Below are positions 50,326 through 59,733 of a DNA stretch of 64,000 bases, in pieces. Every line of letters starts with the position of its first letter. Position 1 is the first letter of the stretch. The stretch covers positions 3,799 to 67,798 of the forward strand of contig JAOAFL010000041.1 in the NCBI GenBank assembly GCA_026416295.1, given 5' to 3'. A program made the position numbers and the translations under genes. The notes beneath the pieces are model-generated. The model ran no database searches. It saw only the letters and a list, made by a program, of their open reading frames with translations, and had not been told where the DNA came from. This stretch comes from Burkholderiales bacterium. GTDB taxonomy: Bacteria; Pseudomonadota; Gammaproteobacteria; Burkholderiales; SG8-39.

Positions 50326-51053
50326 GCGATCGCCTCCCTGACCCAGGCGGCGTCCCGCTCGCGCTCGAGAATGATCGCGCGAACGCGGGCGAGCGACACC
50401 GCGATCGAATACATCCACGCGGCGAACACCATGAGGAGCATGCCCGCGAGCATCGTCGCCGCCATCTTCGGCGCCGCGGTGAAGCTGACGGACGCGCCCT
50501 GGTGCAGGGTGTTCCACCACTGGACCGAGAAATAGATGATCGGGATGTTCACGACGCCGACGAGCGCGAGGACGGCGCTCGCGCGGTCGGCGCGGCGCGG
50601 ATCCTCGATCGCTTCCTTGAGGGCGATGAACCCGAGGTAGAGGAAAAGGAGAATCAGCTCGGAGGTGAGGCGCGCATCCCAGACCCAGTACGTGCCCCAG
50701 GTGGGGCGCCCCCAGAGCGCGCCGCTCCAGAGCGCAAGAAACGTGAACATCGCGCCGGTCGGCGCGAGCGCCGAGGCCATCATCCCGGACAGCCGCGTAT
50801 TGAGCACCAGCCCGAGCCCCGCCCAGCCGGCCATCACGACGTAGATGAACATCGACATCCACGCCGCCGGCACGTGCAGGAAGATGATGCGGTAGGCCTC
50901 GCCCTGCGTCGCGTCGGTCGGCGCGACGAAGAAGCCGACGTACAGGCCGGCGAGCGCGAGGATCGCCGCCGCCCACGCGAACCACGGGATCATCCTTCCG
51001 GCGAGCGGGTAGAACGCCTGCGGCGAGGCGTAGGTATAGAGCACGGAGGCCAT
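50322..51053 (-). CDS. ccmC: haem exporter / haem-handling protein CcmC
   Basis: Internal ATG 51053 gives [25 protein letters not shown]...[19 protein letters not shown] (WWD motif). The product is 243 aa. Confidence 0.9.
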   Translation of the reverse strand: MASVLYTYASPQAFYPLAGRMIPWFAWAAAILALAGLYVGFFVAPTDATQGEAYRIIFLHVPAAWMSMFIYVVMAGWAGLGLVLNTRLSGMMASALAPTGAMFTFLALWSGALWGRPTWGTYWVWDARLTSELILLFLYLGFIALKEAIEDPRRADRASAVLALVGVVNIPIIYFSVQWWNTLHQGASVSFTAAPKMAATMLAGMLLMVFAAWMYSIAVSLARVRAIILERERDAAWVREAIA

Positions 51054-51069
51054 CGAGGCGGAAGGGCGG

Positions 51070-51738
51070 TCAATCGAGGGCGACGCGCAGCGCCGCGCAG
51101 CTCGCCCACAGGCCGAGGACGAAGGATACCGCAAGAAACGCGCCGAGCAGCGACAGGTGCGGCGCGGGATCGAGGGCCGAGAGCGTCGCAGCGACGGCGC
51201 CCGCGCCGAACACGAGCGCCGGCACGCAAAGCGGCAGCACGAGGATGCCGGCGAGGACGCCCGCGCCGCGCACCCCGAGGGTAAGCGCGGCGCCAGCGGC
51301 CCCGAGCAGGCTGAGCACCGGCGAGCCGAGCAGCACCGAGGCGAGGAGCACGGCAAGCGCATCGGTCGGCAGCCCGTACTGCAGCCCGAGGAGCGGCGCG
51401 ACGAGCGCAAGGGGCAGCCCGGTCGTCAGCCAGTGCGCCGCGATCTTGCCGGCGACGAGCGCGCCGAGCGGCTGCGCCGACACGAGCATCTGCTCGAGCG
51501 TGCCGTCCGCGAGATCGGCGGCGAAGAGCCGGGGCAGCGACAGCAGCGAGGCGAGCAGCGCACACACCCAGACGACGCCGGCGCCGATCGCGCGCAGCGG
51601 ACCGGGCTCGGCGCCGGTGCCGAGCGGAAAGAGGCTCGCGACGATGACGAAGAAAAGGAGCACGTTCGCCGCGTCGCCCTTCCTGCGAAGCGCAAGTCGC
51701 ATATCCCGCGCGAGCGTGAGCGTGAAACCCCGCAGCAT
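51070..51738 (-). CDS. ccmB: haem exporter permease CcmB
   Basis: Internal ATG 51738 gives MLRGFTLTLARDMRLALRRKGDAANVLLFFVIVASLFPL... The product is 222 aa. Confidence 0.9.
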   Translation of the reverse strand: MLRGFTLTLARDMRLALRRKGDAANVLLFFVIVASLFPLGTGAEPGPLRAIGAGVVWVCALLASLLSLPRLFAADLADGTLEQMLVSAQPLGALVAGKIAAHWLTTGLPLALVAPLLGLQYGLPTDALAVLLASVLLGSPVLSLLGAAGAALTLGVRGAGVLAGILVLPLCVPALVFGAGAVAATLSALDPAPHLSLLGAFLAVSFVLGLWASCAALRVALD

Positions 51739-51742
51739 CGGC

Positions 51743-52363
51743 CTACGCGCCGAGCGCCACCGTGTGCACGCGGCGCGCCGCGAGCGCGATTTCCTGGTGC
51801 GACGTGAGCACCGCCATGCCGCCGGCGGCAAGATGCGTCGCGAGCCGCTCGCGCAGAAGGCCGACGCCGTCTTCGTCGAGCGCGGCGAACGGTTCGTCGA
51901 GCAGCCAAAGCGGCACGCGCGAGGCGAGCGCAAGGCGCGCGAGCGCGACGCGCCGGCGCTGGCCTTCGGAAAGCACGCGCGCCGGCAGCCCGGCCTGCGC
52001 GCCGACGCCCCAGCGCGCAAGCGCCTCACGCACCTCGCGCTCGCCGGCGGCGATTCCGGCAAGGCGAAGGGCAAAAGCGAGGTTCTCGGCTGCCGTCAGC
52101 TCGGCCTTCACGCCCGGAGCGTGACCGAGGAAGAGCATCTCGGCGCCGTACGCCTCGGCGAGTTCCGCGATCGGCGCGCCGCGCCAGCGCACCTCGCCCT
52201 CGGCCGGTCGGGTGAGCCCCGCGAGGATGCGCAGCAGGCTCGTCTTGCCGCTGCCGTTCGGACCGCGCACCCGCACGAGCGCACCCGGCTCGAGCGCGAT
52301 CGAGATGCCGCCGAACAGACGCCGCCCGCCGCGCTCGCAGGCGAGCGCCTTCGCTTCGAGCAT
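51743..52363 (-). CDS. ccmA: cytochrome c biogenesis ATP-binding export protein CcmA
   Basis: 206 aa, GPNGSGKTSLLRILAGL, LSEGQRRRVALARL and WLLDEPFAALD. Confidence 0.9.
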   Translation of the reverse strand: MLEAKALACERGGRRLFGGISIALEPGALVRVRGPNGSGKTSLLRILAGLTRPAEGEVRWRGAPIAELAEAYGAEMLFLGHAPGVKAELTAAENLAFALRLAGIAAGEREVREALARWGVGAQAGLPARVLSEGQRRRVALARLALASRVPLWLLDEPFAALDEDGVGLLRERLATHLAAGGMAVLTSHQEIALAARRVHTVALGA

Positions 52364-52452
52364 GAGGCCGATTCTACGCGGGACGCGCGCCCGCGCCGCC
52401 GGCTGCGAACCGGCGCGACCGGCGCAGGCGCTTTCGGCTATGCTGCCTGCGG

Positions 52453-53670
52453 ATGCCGAACCGCTGGCTCGCGCCGTTCCTCAACCTCGCGCACCTGCTC
52501 GATCACCTCGCGATGCTCGTCTTTCCGACCGCCGTGGTCGCGATCGGGCGCGACTGGGGCCGTTCGTATTCGGAGCTGCTGCCGCTTGCGACCGGCAGTT
52601 TCGTCGCGTTCGGCGCGTTCGCGGTGCCGGCGGGCTGGCTCGCCGACCGCTGGAGCCGCTATCGGGTGATGGTCCTGTACTTTTTCGGCGTCGGCGCCTC
52701 GCTGCTGCTCGCCGGGCTTTCGACCTCGGCGTGGGAGATGGCGCTGTGGCTCACGGTGATGGGGGCGTTCGCCGCGATCTACCACCCGGTCGGCATCGCG
52801 ATGCTCGTTGCGGCGCCCGCGAAAATGGGCCGCGCGCTCGGCTGGAACGGCCTGTGGGGCAACCTCGGGCTCGCGTTCGCCGCGCTGCTCACCGGCGCGC
52901 TGGTGGACGCGGCCGGCTGGCGCGCGGCGTTCTTCGTGCCCGGGGCGCTGTGCGTCGCCGCCGGCGTCGGGTTTCTCGCGCTCGTGCGCGATCCGGGAAC
53001 CGTGCGGCGCGGCGCCGGCTCGCTCGGGCTACAGGTCGACGCGCGCACGATGGCGCGCATCCTCGCGGTGTTGCTCGTCGCCACCGCCTGCGGCGGGATC
53101 ATCTTCAACTCGACCACGATCGCGATGCCGAAGGTGTTCGACGAGCGGCTGCGCGCGCTCGCGGACACGAGTCTCGGCGTCGGCGCCCTGGTCGCGTTCG
53201 TGTACACGGTCGCGGCGTTCGCGCAGGTGGCGATGGGCGCGCTCATCGACCGCGTCGAGCTGCGGCGGCTGATGATCGGCGTGGCGGCGGCGCAGATCCC
53301 GCTCTTTTACGCCGCCGCGAACCTCGAAGGCTGGGCGATGCTCGCCGCCGCGCTCGCGATGATGCTCGCGGTGTTCGGGCAGATCCCGCTCAACGACGCG
53401 ATCGTCGGTCGCTACGTCGCCGACGAGTTCCGCGCGCGGGTGCTCGGGGTGCGCTACGTCGTCTCGCTCGGCGTCGCCGCGGTCGCGGTGCCGATGATCG
53501 CGCTCCTGCACCGCACCGCGGGCGGCTTCGCGAACGTCTTCCTCGTGCTCGCGACGCTCGCGGCGGGCATGCTCGCCGCCTCGGTCTTTTTTCCGTCGCG
53601 CGCGGCGCTCGCCGCGCAACGCGAAAAGGCGGCGGCGCGCGCCGCAGGCGAGCGCGCGAGGGCGCGGTAA
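52453..53670 (+). CDS. MFS transporter
   Basis: 405 aa with about 12 hydrophobic segments, including GWLADRWSRYRVMVLY (an MFS loop 2-3-like motif). Confidence 0.82.
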   Translation: MPNRWLAPFLNLAHLLDHLAMLVFPTAVVAIGRDWGRSYSELLPLATGSFVAFGAFAVPAGWLADRWSRYRVMVLYFFGVGASLLLAGLSTSAWEMALWLTVMGAFAAIYHPVGIAMLVAAPAKMGRALGWNGLWGNLGLAFAALLTGALVDAAGWRAAFFVPGALCVAAGVGFLALVRDPGTVRRGAGSLGLQVDARTMARILAVLLVATACGGIIFNSTTIAMPKVFDERLRALADTSLGVGALVAFVYTVAAFAQVAMGALIDRVELRRLMIGVAAAQIPLFYAAANLEGWAMLAAALAMMLAVFGQIPLNDAIVGRYVADEFRARVLGVRYVVSLGVAAVAVPMIALLHRTAGGFANVFLVLATLAAGMLAASVFFPSRAALAAQREKAAARAAGERARAR

Positions 53671-53688
53671 GCGCCCGCGCGTCGCCGC

Positions 53689-54573
53689 TCAGGCGATCGC
53701 GGTCGGCTGCGGCAGGGTGCGCAGCAGCCGGTGCCGGCCGGTGAACGCGAGGTAGTGGCGGCCGCTTGCGCGCCCGAGCATGGTGAGGCCCACGCGCCGG
53801 GCGATCTCGTAGCCCATCTGCGTGAGCCCGGAGCGCGACACGAGGAACGGGATCTGCATCTGCGCGCACTTGATCACCATCTCCGAGGTGAGTCGCCCGG
53901 TGGTGTAGAAGATCTTGTCCGCCCCGTCGATGTCTTCGAGCCACATCAGGCCCGCGATCGCGTCCACGGCGTTGTGCCGCCCCACGTCTTCGACGAACAT
54001 CATGATCTCGGCGGACGCCGGGCCGGTCGCGCGCGCGAGCGCGCAGCCGTGCACCGCGCCCGCCTGCTTGTAGATCGTCTCGTAGCGGCGCACCTTTTCG
54101 ATCAGGTCGAAGAGCTGGGCGTCGGCGAGCCGCACGTCCTCGGGCAGCCGCACCCGGTCGATCTCTTCCATCAGGTCGCCGAACACGGTGCCTTGGCCGC
54201 AGCCGGTGGTGACCGTGCGCCGGCGCGTGCGCCGGGGGAGCCGCTCCCCCGCGCGGCCGCTCGCGGTCGTGATCGCGCAGGCGTTCGTTTCCCAGTCGAC
54301 TTGCACTGCGGCGATCTCCGCGAGCGAGCCGACCAGCCGCTGGTTGCGCAGATACCCGATCGCGAGCGCCTCGGGCGCGTGCCCGAGCGTCATCAGCGTC
54401 ACGAGTTCCCGCTTGTCGAGGTAAAGCGTGAGCGGATGCTCGCCGGCGATGCGCGTCGGCACCATCTCGCCGCGTTCGTTGTACGCCTCGACCTCGAAAG
54501 TGGCCGGGCGCGCGGCGTTCGTGAGCAGGGGGCGATGGCGTTCTTTCAGCAGGGGGCGATGGGGTTCTTTCAT
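53689..54573 (-). CDS. fdhD: formate dehydrogenase accessory sulfurtransferase FdhD
   Basis: Internal ATG 54573. It carries EHPLTLYLDKRELVTLMTLG, TTGCGQG, VHGCAL, VGRHNAVD and LVSRSGLTQMG. Confidence 0.85.
   Translation of the reverse strand: MKEPHRPLLKERHRPLLTNAARPATFEVEAYNERGEMVPTRIAGEHPLTLYLDKRELVTLMTLGHAPEALAIGYLRNQRLVGSLAEIAAVQVDWETNACAITTASGRAGERLPRRTRRRTVTTGCGQGTVFGDLMEEIDRVRLPEDVRLADAQLFDLIEKVRRYETIYKQAGAVHGCALARATGPASAEIMMFVEDVGRHNAVDAIAGLMWLEDIDGADKIFYTTGRLTSEMVIKCAQMQIPFLVSRSGLTQMGYEIARRVGLTMLGRASGRHYLAFTGRHRLLRTLPQPTAIA
54524..54571. repeat. 24-bp tandem duplication (one mismatch) at the 5' end of fdhD
   Basis: agcagggggcgatggcgttctttc (54524-54547) is followed by agcagggggcgatggggttctttc (54548-54571). 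On the coding strand this encodes KEPHRPLL-KERHRPLL directly after the ATG. Confidence 0.9.
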
Positions 54574-54620
54574 CTGCGACAGCTCGTGCGGGCGCGCCGG
54601 AGGCGTGCGCTCGTACGGCG

Positions 54621-55694
54621 TCAGCCGCCGATATAGGACATCTCGACCTTGCGCAACTTCGCGGTCTCGGCGGTGCGGATCTCGGAGTAGCGGTCGGCCC
54701 GCGCACGCCACACGGCGACGATCGCATCGCGCAGCTCGTCGTCGGAAGCGCCACCGCGCAGAAGCGACTTGAGATCATGGCCGCGTTGCGCGAAAAGACA
54801 CGTGTAGAGCGCGCCGTCGGTGGCGAGCCGCAGCCGCGTGCAGTCGCGGCAGAACGCCTGCGTGACGGAGGAGATGACACCGATCTCGCCCGCGCCGTCC
54901 CGGTAGCGCCAGCGCTCGGCGACCTCGCCGGCGTAGTCCGGCGCGACCGGCTCGAGCGGCCAGACCGCCGAGATGCGGCGCACGATCTCGGCCGAGGGCA
55001 CGACCTCTTCCATGCGCCAGCCGTTCGTGCTGCCGACGTCCATGTACTCGATGAAGCGCACGATGTGGCCGGTGCCGCGCCAGCGGCGCGCCATGTCGAG
55101 CACCTGGCCGTCGTTCACGCCGCGCTTGACGACCATGTTGATCTTGATCGGCGAAAACCCCGCGGCGGCGGCGGCCTCGATGCCCTCGAGCACCCTCGCG
55201 ACCGGAAAGTCGGCGTCGTTCATTGCGCGGAAGGTGGCGTCATCGAGCGAGTCGAGGCTGACGGTGACGCGCTTCAGACCGGCCGCCTTGAGCGCCTCGG
55301 CGTGCTTTGCGAGCGCCGAGCCGTTGGTGGTGAGCGTGAGGTCCACGCCGAGCGGCGCGAGCATCGCGACGAGCTTGGGCAGGTCTCTGCGAAGCAGCGG
55401 CTCGCCGCCTGTCAGGCGGATCTTCTTTATCCCGAGGTCGACGAAGATGCGCGCAAGGCGCGCGATCTCTTCGAAGCTGAGGATTTCGCGCTGCGGCAAA
55501 AACGGGTAGTCGGCACCGAAGACCTCGCGCGGCATGCAGTAGATGCAGCGGAAATTGCAGCGGTCGGTGACCGAGATGCGCAGATCGCGCAGGCGCCGGC
55601 CGAGGCGGTCGGCGAACGGCCCGCCCTCGTAGCGCGGCGCGCTGCGCGCGGCCGCGCCGGCGTCGCTTCGGATCGGGATGACCCTTTCGCCCAT
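54621..55694 (-). CDS. moaA: GTP 3',8-cyclase (radical SAM)
   Basis: Internal ATG 55694. It carries [18 protein letters not shown] (CX3CX2C), [10 protein letters not shown] and a C-terminal [10 protein letters not shown] cluster. The product is 357 aa. Confidence 0.92.
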   Translation of the reverse strand: MGERVIPIRSDAGAAARSAPRYEGGPFADRLGRRLRDLRISVTDRCNFRCIYCMPREVFGADYPFLPQREILSFEEIARLARIFVDLGIKKIRLTGGEPLLRRDLPKLVAMLAPLGVDLTLTTNGSALAKHAEALKAAGLKRVTVSLDSLDDATFRAMNDADFPVARVLEGIEAAAAAGFSPIKINMVVKRGVNDGQVLDMARRWRGTGHIVRFIEYMDVGSTNGWRMEEVVPSAEIVRRISAVWPLEPVAPDYAGEVAERWRYRDGAGEIGVISSVTQAFCRDCTRLRLATDGALYTCLFAQRGHDLKSLLRGGASDDELRDAIVAVWRARADRYSEIRTAETAKLRKVEMSYIGG

Positions 55695-55742
55695 GGTGGC
55701 TCGATGCTTCGGAAGATCATAGCAGAGGGTATAGTTGCGTCG

Positions 55743-56213
55743 ATGGCGAAACCGCGTTTTCCGCTTGCGGTGGTGATGCAGCGCCGGCCGAGCGCTAGTC
55801 GCTGGCAATCCGAAGTGTGGGAGCCGCTCAGCGTCCTCGCGGGCGACTTCGGCGAGGGCGGGCCGCGGCTGATCGTCGATCACGGCGGCCTTCAGCAGTG
55901 GCTGCATCCCGGCTTTGCGCTCGCGCTGCACCGCGACGAGTGCGAGGGCTATTACTTCAACGTGTCGACGAACGATCCGCGCGTGTTCGTGATGTGGCGC
56001 ATGGAGGGCGAACGGGGGCTGCCGCTCGAAGTCACCGCGAGCTACGAAGAAGCGGCGCGCTGGCTGGACGGCGGCGCGTCGGTCGACGGCGTCGCGATGC
56101 CGCCGGAAATCCTCGCCTGGGTCGGCGAGTACCTCGAGCGCAACTGGCGCCCGGAACCGAAAAAGCGGGTGCGGCCGCGCTCGTTCCTTCATCCGAAGGA
56201 CCGGTTCGGCTGA
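55743..56213 (+). CDS. DUF3305-like protein
   Basis: In-frame ATG 55743 gives [32 protein letters not shown]...[17 protein letters not shown]... An alternative ATG lies at 55704. The family name is recalled from memory. Confidence 0.65.
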   Translation: MAKPRFPLAVVMQRRPSASRWQSEVWEPLSVLAGDFGEGGPRLIVDHGGLQQWLHPGFALALHRDECEGYYFNVSTNDPRVFVMWRMEGERGLPLEVTASYEEAARWLDGGASVDGVAMPPEILAWVGEYLERNWRPEPKKRVRPRSFLHPKDRFG

Positions 56214-56752
56214 TGGCGCAGGAGCGAGAGCCGTTTCTCGAACGCTGGTCGCGACTGAAGCGCGAGCGCGCCGCCGCGCCGCAGACGCAAGCTGCGGCGC
56301 CGCCGCCGGGCGCGACCGCGCGCGGCGAGCCGGCGGCCTCCGAGCCCCCGCCGCTTCCGCCGATCGAATCACTGACGCCCGACTCGGACTTTTCGGCGTT
56401 CATGCATCCGAAGGTGCCGGAGCTGCTTCGGCGCGCGGCCCTGAAAAAGCTCTTTCAGGACCCGCGCTATAACGTCGTCGACAAGTTCGAGGCGTATTGG
56501 GAGGATTACACCCAGGCCGAGCCGATCCCGCCCTCGATCCTCGAAAACCTCGATCAGGCGCGCCGGCACGTGTTCGGCGACTCTGCCGGCCGCGAGGCGC
56601 CGGCCGCGGAATCCGCGCCGCAGGAGGCGCCGGGCGAGGGCGCCACGGGCGCGCTCGCAGCGGCGCCCGAATCGGCCCCGGCAGCCGAGGCGCCGCAACC
56701 CGCGGTCACGTCCCCGCAAAAGCCCGATGGCGCTCGAACACAAGACGCTTAA
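56213..56752 (+). CDS. DUF3306-like protein
   Basis: ATG 56213 (TGATG junction with the previous stop) gives [18 protein letters not shown]...[34 protein letters not shown]... Confidence 0.65.
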   Translation: MAQEREPFLERWSRLKRERAAAPQTQAAAPPPGATARGEPAASEPPPLPPIESLTPDSDFSAFMHPKVPELLRRAALKKLFQDPRYNVVDKFEAYWEDYTQAEPIPPSILENLDQARRHVFGDSAGREAPAAESAPQEAPGEGATGALAAAPESAPAAEAPQPAVTSPQKPDGARTQDA

Positions 56753-58853
56753 GCTCTGCAGCTGCAATCGCAGCATTCCGCTCGACGCGAAAAAGCTCGC
56801 CCGCGCTCTCGGGCTTTCCGAGCCCCCGCCGGTGCATGTGGAACTATGCCGCAAGGAGGCGGGCGCCTTTCAGGCGGCGCTCGCGGAGCCCGACGTGCTC
56901 GTCGCCTGCACGCAGGAAGCGCGACTCTTTGCCGAGCTTGCGCAGGCGGCGAAGTCTGCCGCGCGCCTTTCCTTCGCCAACATCCGCGAGCTCGCCGGCT
57001 GGTCGAGCGAGGCTGCGGCGGCGACGCCGAAGATCGCGGCGCTTCTTGCGGTCGCGGCGCTGCCCGAGCCCGAGCCCGCGCCGGTGGTCGCGTACAAATC
57101 GGCCGGCAGCGTGCTGGTGATCGGCCCGCAGGAGGCGGCGCTCGACTGGGCGCAGCGCCTTGCCGCAACGCTCGAGGTCTCGGCGCTGATCACCTCGGCC
57201 GGCCAAGGCGAGCTTCCGCCCGAGCGCGGCTTTCCGGTGTGGTCGGGGCGCGTGACGAAGATTTCCGGCTGGCTCGGGGCGTTCGAGGTCGAATGGCGGC
57301 AGGAGAACCCGATCGACCTCGAGCTCTGCACGCGCTGCAACGCGTGCATCGCCGCCTGCCCCGAGGGCGCGATCGGCTTCGACTACCAGGTGGACCTCGG
57401 CAAGTGCAAGGCGCACCGCAAGTGCGTCGCCGCCTGCGGCGCGATCGGGGCGGTGGACTTTGCGCGGCGCGAGACCGCGCGCAAGGAGAGCTTCGATCTG
57501 GTCTTCGACCTTTCGCGCGAGCCGGCGATCCGTCTGCACGATCCGCCGCAGGGCTATTTTGCGCCCGGCGCCGATCCGCTCGAGCAGGCGCTCGCTGCGG
57601 CGCGCCTCGTCGCGCTCGTGGGCGAGTTCGAAAAACCGCGCTTCGTGCAGTATCGCGAGCGGCTGTGCGCGCACAGCCGTTCGGCGAAGATCGGTTGCAC
57701 GAAGTGTCTCGACGTGTGCTCGACCGGCGCGATCTCGCACGCGGGCGACAACGTCAACGTCGAGGCGCACCTGTGCGCAGGCTGCGGCGGCTGCGCGACC
57801 GTGTGCCCTTCGGGCGCGCTCGCGTATCAGTTTCCGAGCGTGCCCGACATCGGCCGGCGGCTGAAGACGCTGCTTTCGACCTACGCCGCCGCCGGCGGCC
57901 GCGATGCCTGCGTGCTCTTTTTCGACCACGAGGCCGGGCGGACGCTCGTTCTGGCCACGGGCCGGCGCGCCGGCTTCGGCGAGCGGGGGCTCGGTGCGCG
58001 CGGCGCCGGCCGCGGGCTGCCGGCGCGCATTCTGCCGCTCGAGTGCTTTCACCCGGCCTCGATCGGCATGGACGTGCTTCTCGGTGCGCTCGCCTATGGG
58101 GCGAGCCAGGTGCGGGTGCTTGCGACCGGCCGCGAGGCCGAGAGCTATCTTGCCGCGCTGCGCCGCGAGATGGGCTATGCGCAGGCGATCGCGAACGCGC
58201 TCGGCTATGTTGGCGCGCACTTCGGCCTGATCGAAGCCGCCGAGCCTGAGGCGCTCGAGCGGGAACTCTGGGCGCTCGAGCCTGCGCAGCCGGTCGCAAA
58301 GCCGGGCGCCTTCGACCTCGCCGGAGAAAAGCGCCGCGCCCTCGATTTTGCGATCGATCATCTCGCCCGACACGCCCCGACGCCCAAGGAGGAAATCGAT
58401 CTCGCCGCCAGCGCGCCGTTCGGGACGCTGCTCGTCGACCGGGAACGCTGCACGCTCTGCAAGGCCTGTGTCGGCGCATGCCCGGCATCCGCCCTGATCG
58501 ATACGCCGGATGCGCCGAGGCTGCGGTTCATCGAGCGCAACTGCGTGCAGTGCGGCCTGTGCGCCGCGACCTGCCCGGAGGACGCGATCCGGCTGAAACC
58601 GCGGCTTTTGCTCGCGCCGCAGGCGAAAGAGCCGGTAACGCTGAACGAGGACGAGCCGTTCCACTGCGTTCGCTGCGGAAAGCCCTTCGGCACGCGGCGC
58701 ACCGTCGAGCGAATGGCGGCGAAGCTCGCATCCCACGCGATGTTCGCCGGCGAGGCCGGGCGCCGGCTGAGGATGTGCGGCGATTGCCGCGTCGCCGACA
58801 TGATGCTTTCGGGTAACGAGCCGACGATCTTCGACTATACCGACCGCAAATGA
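56727..58853 (+). CDS. large poly-[4Fe-4S] ferredoxin-domain protein
   Basis: 708 aa. Motifs are CTRCNACIAACP, CKAHRKCVAACG, CTKCLDVCSTGA, CAGCGGCATVCP, CTLCKACVGACP and CVQCGLCAATCP. A terminal CVRCG...CGDC pair follows. The N-terminus reads [16 protein letters not shown]. Confidence 0.8.
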   Translation: MALEHKTLKLCSCNRSIPLDAKKLARALGLSEPPPVHVELCRKEAGAFQAALAEPDVLVACTQEARLFAELAQAAKSAARLSFANIRELAGWSSEAAAATPKIAALLAVAALPEPEPAPVVAYKSAGSVLVIGPQEAALDWAQRLAATLEVSALITSAGQGELPPERGFPVWSGRVTKISGWLGAFEVEWRQENPIDLELCTRCNACIAACPEGAIGFDYQVDLGKCKAHRKCVAACGAIGAVDFARRETARKESFDLVFDLSREPAIRLHDPPQGYFAPGADPLEQALAAARLVALVGEFEKPRFVQYRERLCAHSRSAKIGCTKCLDVCSTGAISHAGDNVNVEAHLCAGCGGCATVCPSGALAYQFPSVPDIGRRLKTLLSTYAAAGGRDACVLFFDHEAGRTLVLATGRRAGFGERGLGARGAGRGLPARILPLECFHPASIGMDVLLGALAYGASQVRVLATGREAESYLAALRREMGYAQAIANALGYVGAHFGLIEAAEPEALERELWALEPAQPVAKPGAFDLAGEKRRALDFAIDHLARHAPTPKEEIDLAASAPFGTLLVDRERCTLCKACVGACPASALIDTPDAPRLRFIERNCVQCGLCAATCPEDAIRLKPRLLLAPQAKEPVTLNEDEPFHCVRCGKPFGTRRTVERMAAKLASHAMFAGEAGRRLRMCGDCRVADMMLSGNEPTIFDYTDRK

Positions 58854-59443
58854 GCGCCGCGTCGATCTCGCCCGAAGACGAGGCGCGCGCGAACCTCTAC
58901 GGCCTGCTCGCGCGGCTCTTTTACGCGCCTCCGGACCGCGCCCTCCTCGAAGCGCTCGCGAACGCCGACGAAATCGTCGCCGAGGATCCGGATTCTGCGG
59001 TCGCCGCCGCTTGGCGGGCGCTCGCCGCTGCCGCTGCGGCGACCGACGAGGAAGCGGTGCGGGAGGAGTACGAAGCCGCGTTCGTCGGTACGGGAAAGGC
59101 CGAAATCACGCTCTATACCACCGCCTACACCGCGAAGCATTCGCTCGACCTTCCCCTCGTCGAGATCAGGGATTTTCTTCAGAGCCAAGGGCTTGTGCGG
59201 CGCGAAAACGCTTTCGAGCCGGAGGACCACATCGCCGGCCTGTGCGAGACAATGCGCCACCTCATCGGCACGCCGGGCAAAGAGCGCGAGCAGCGGCGCT
59301 TCTTCGAAGTTTTCCTGTGGCCGGCGGCGAAACCTTTGTGCGACGCAATAGTGCAGTCGCACATCACCAACTTCTACCGGCGCGTCGCGCGGCTGGCGGA
59401 AAGTTTTTTCGAGCTTGAACACATCGCGTTCGATCTGGATTAA
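58850..59443 (+). CDS. TorD/DmsD-family redox enzyme maturation chaperone
   Basis: 197 aa, ARANLYGLLARLFYAPPD...EEYEAAFVG...EPEDHIAGLCETM. There is an ATGA overlap with the ferredoxin gene stop. Confidence 0.78.
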   Translation: MSAASISPEDEARANLYGLLARLFYAPPDRALLEALANADEIVAEDPDSAVAAAWRALAAAAAATDEEAVREEYEAAFVGTGKAEITLYTTAYTAKHSLDLPLVEIRDFLQSQGLVRRENAFEPEDHIAGLCETMRHLIGTPGKEREQRRFFEVFLWPAAKPLCDAIVQSHITNFYRRVARLAESFFELEHIAFDLD

Positions 59444-59521
59444 ACTTTTCGCACGTTGCCGTATGTCACGAGCGCCCGGACTGGGCTCGGTCCGCGCGCT
59501 GGACCAGGAGAGGAGGTTACG

Positions 59522-59722
59522 ATGAACGAGCGCAACATGCGGCTTTCGCGGCGTCACTTCCTTCTCACGCTCGGCGCAGGCAGCGCCGCCGCCACCACCG
59601 CGGCGCTGGTCGCCCAGTCGCCGCAGAAAAGCGAAGCTCCCGAAACGAACGACAAGCGCGCAACGCGTGGCTACCACGTGACCGCGCACATCGAACACTA
59701 TTACCGCACCGCCCGCGTGTGA
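59522..59722 (+). CDS. small twin-arginine protein of the 'formate dehydrogenase region TAT target' type
   Basis: GGAGAGGAGG lies 5 nt upstream of ATG 59522. The product is 66 aa, MNERNMRLSRRHFLLTLGAGSAAATTAAL...GYHVTAHIEHYYRTARV. The C-terminal motif is Y-H-x-T-x-H-I-x-x-Y-Y. Confidence 0.75.
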   Translation: MNERNMRLSRRHFLLTLGAGSAAATTAALVAQSPQKSEAPETNDKRATRGYHVTAHIEHYYRTARV

Positions 59723-59733
59723 GGAGGATCGCC

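Noticed and set aside
55695-55742. Moco riboswitch upstream of moaA
   Set aside because: Only 48 nt separate moaA from the divergent DUF3305-like gene. That is too short for the roughly 140-nt Moco RNA motif, and I saw no matching conserved elements.
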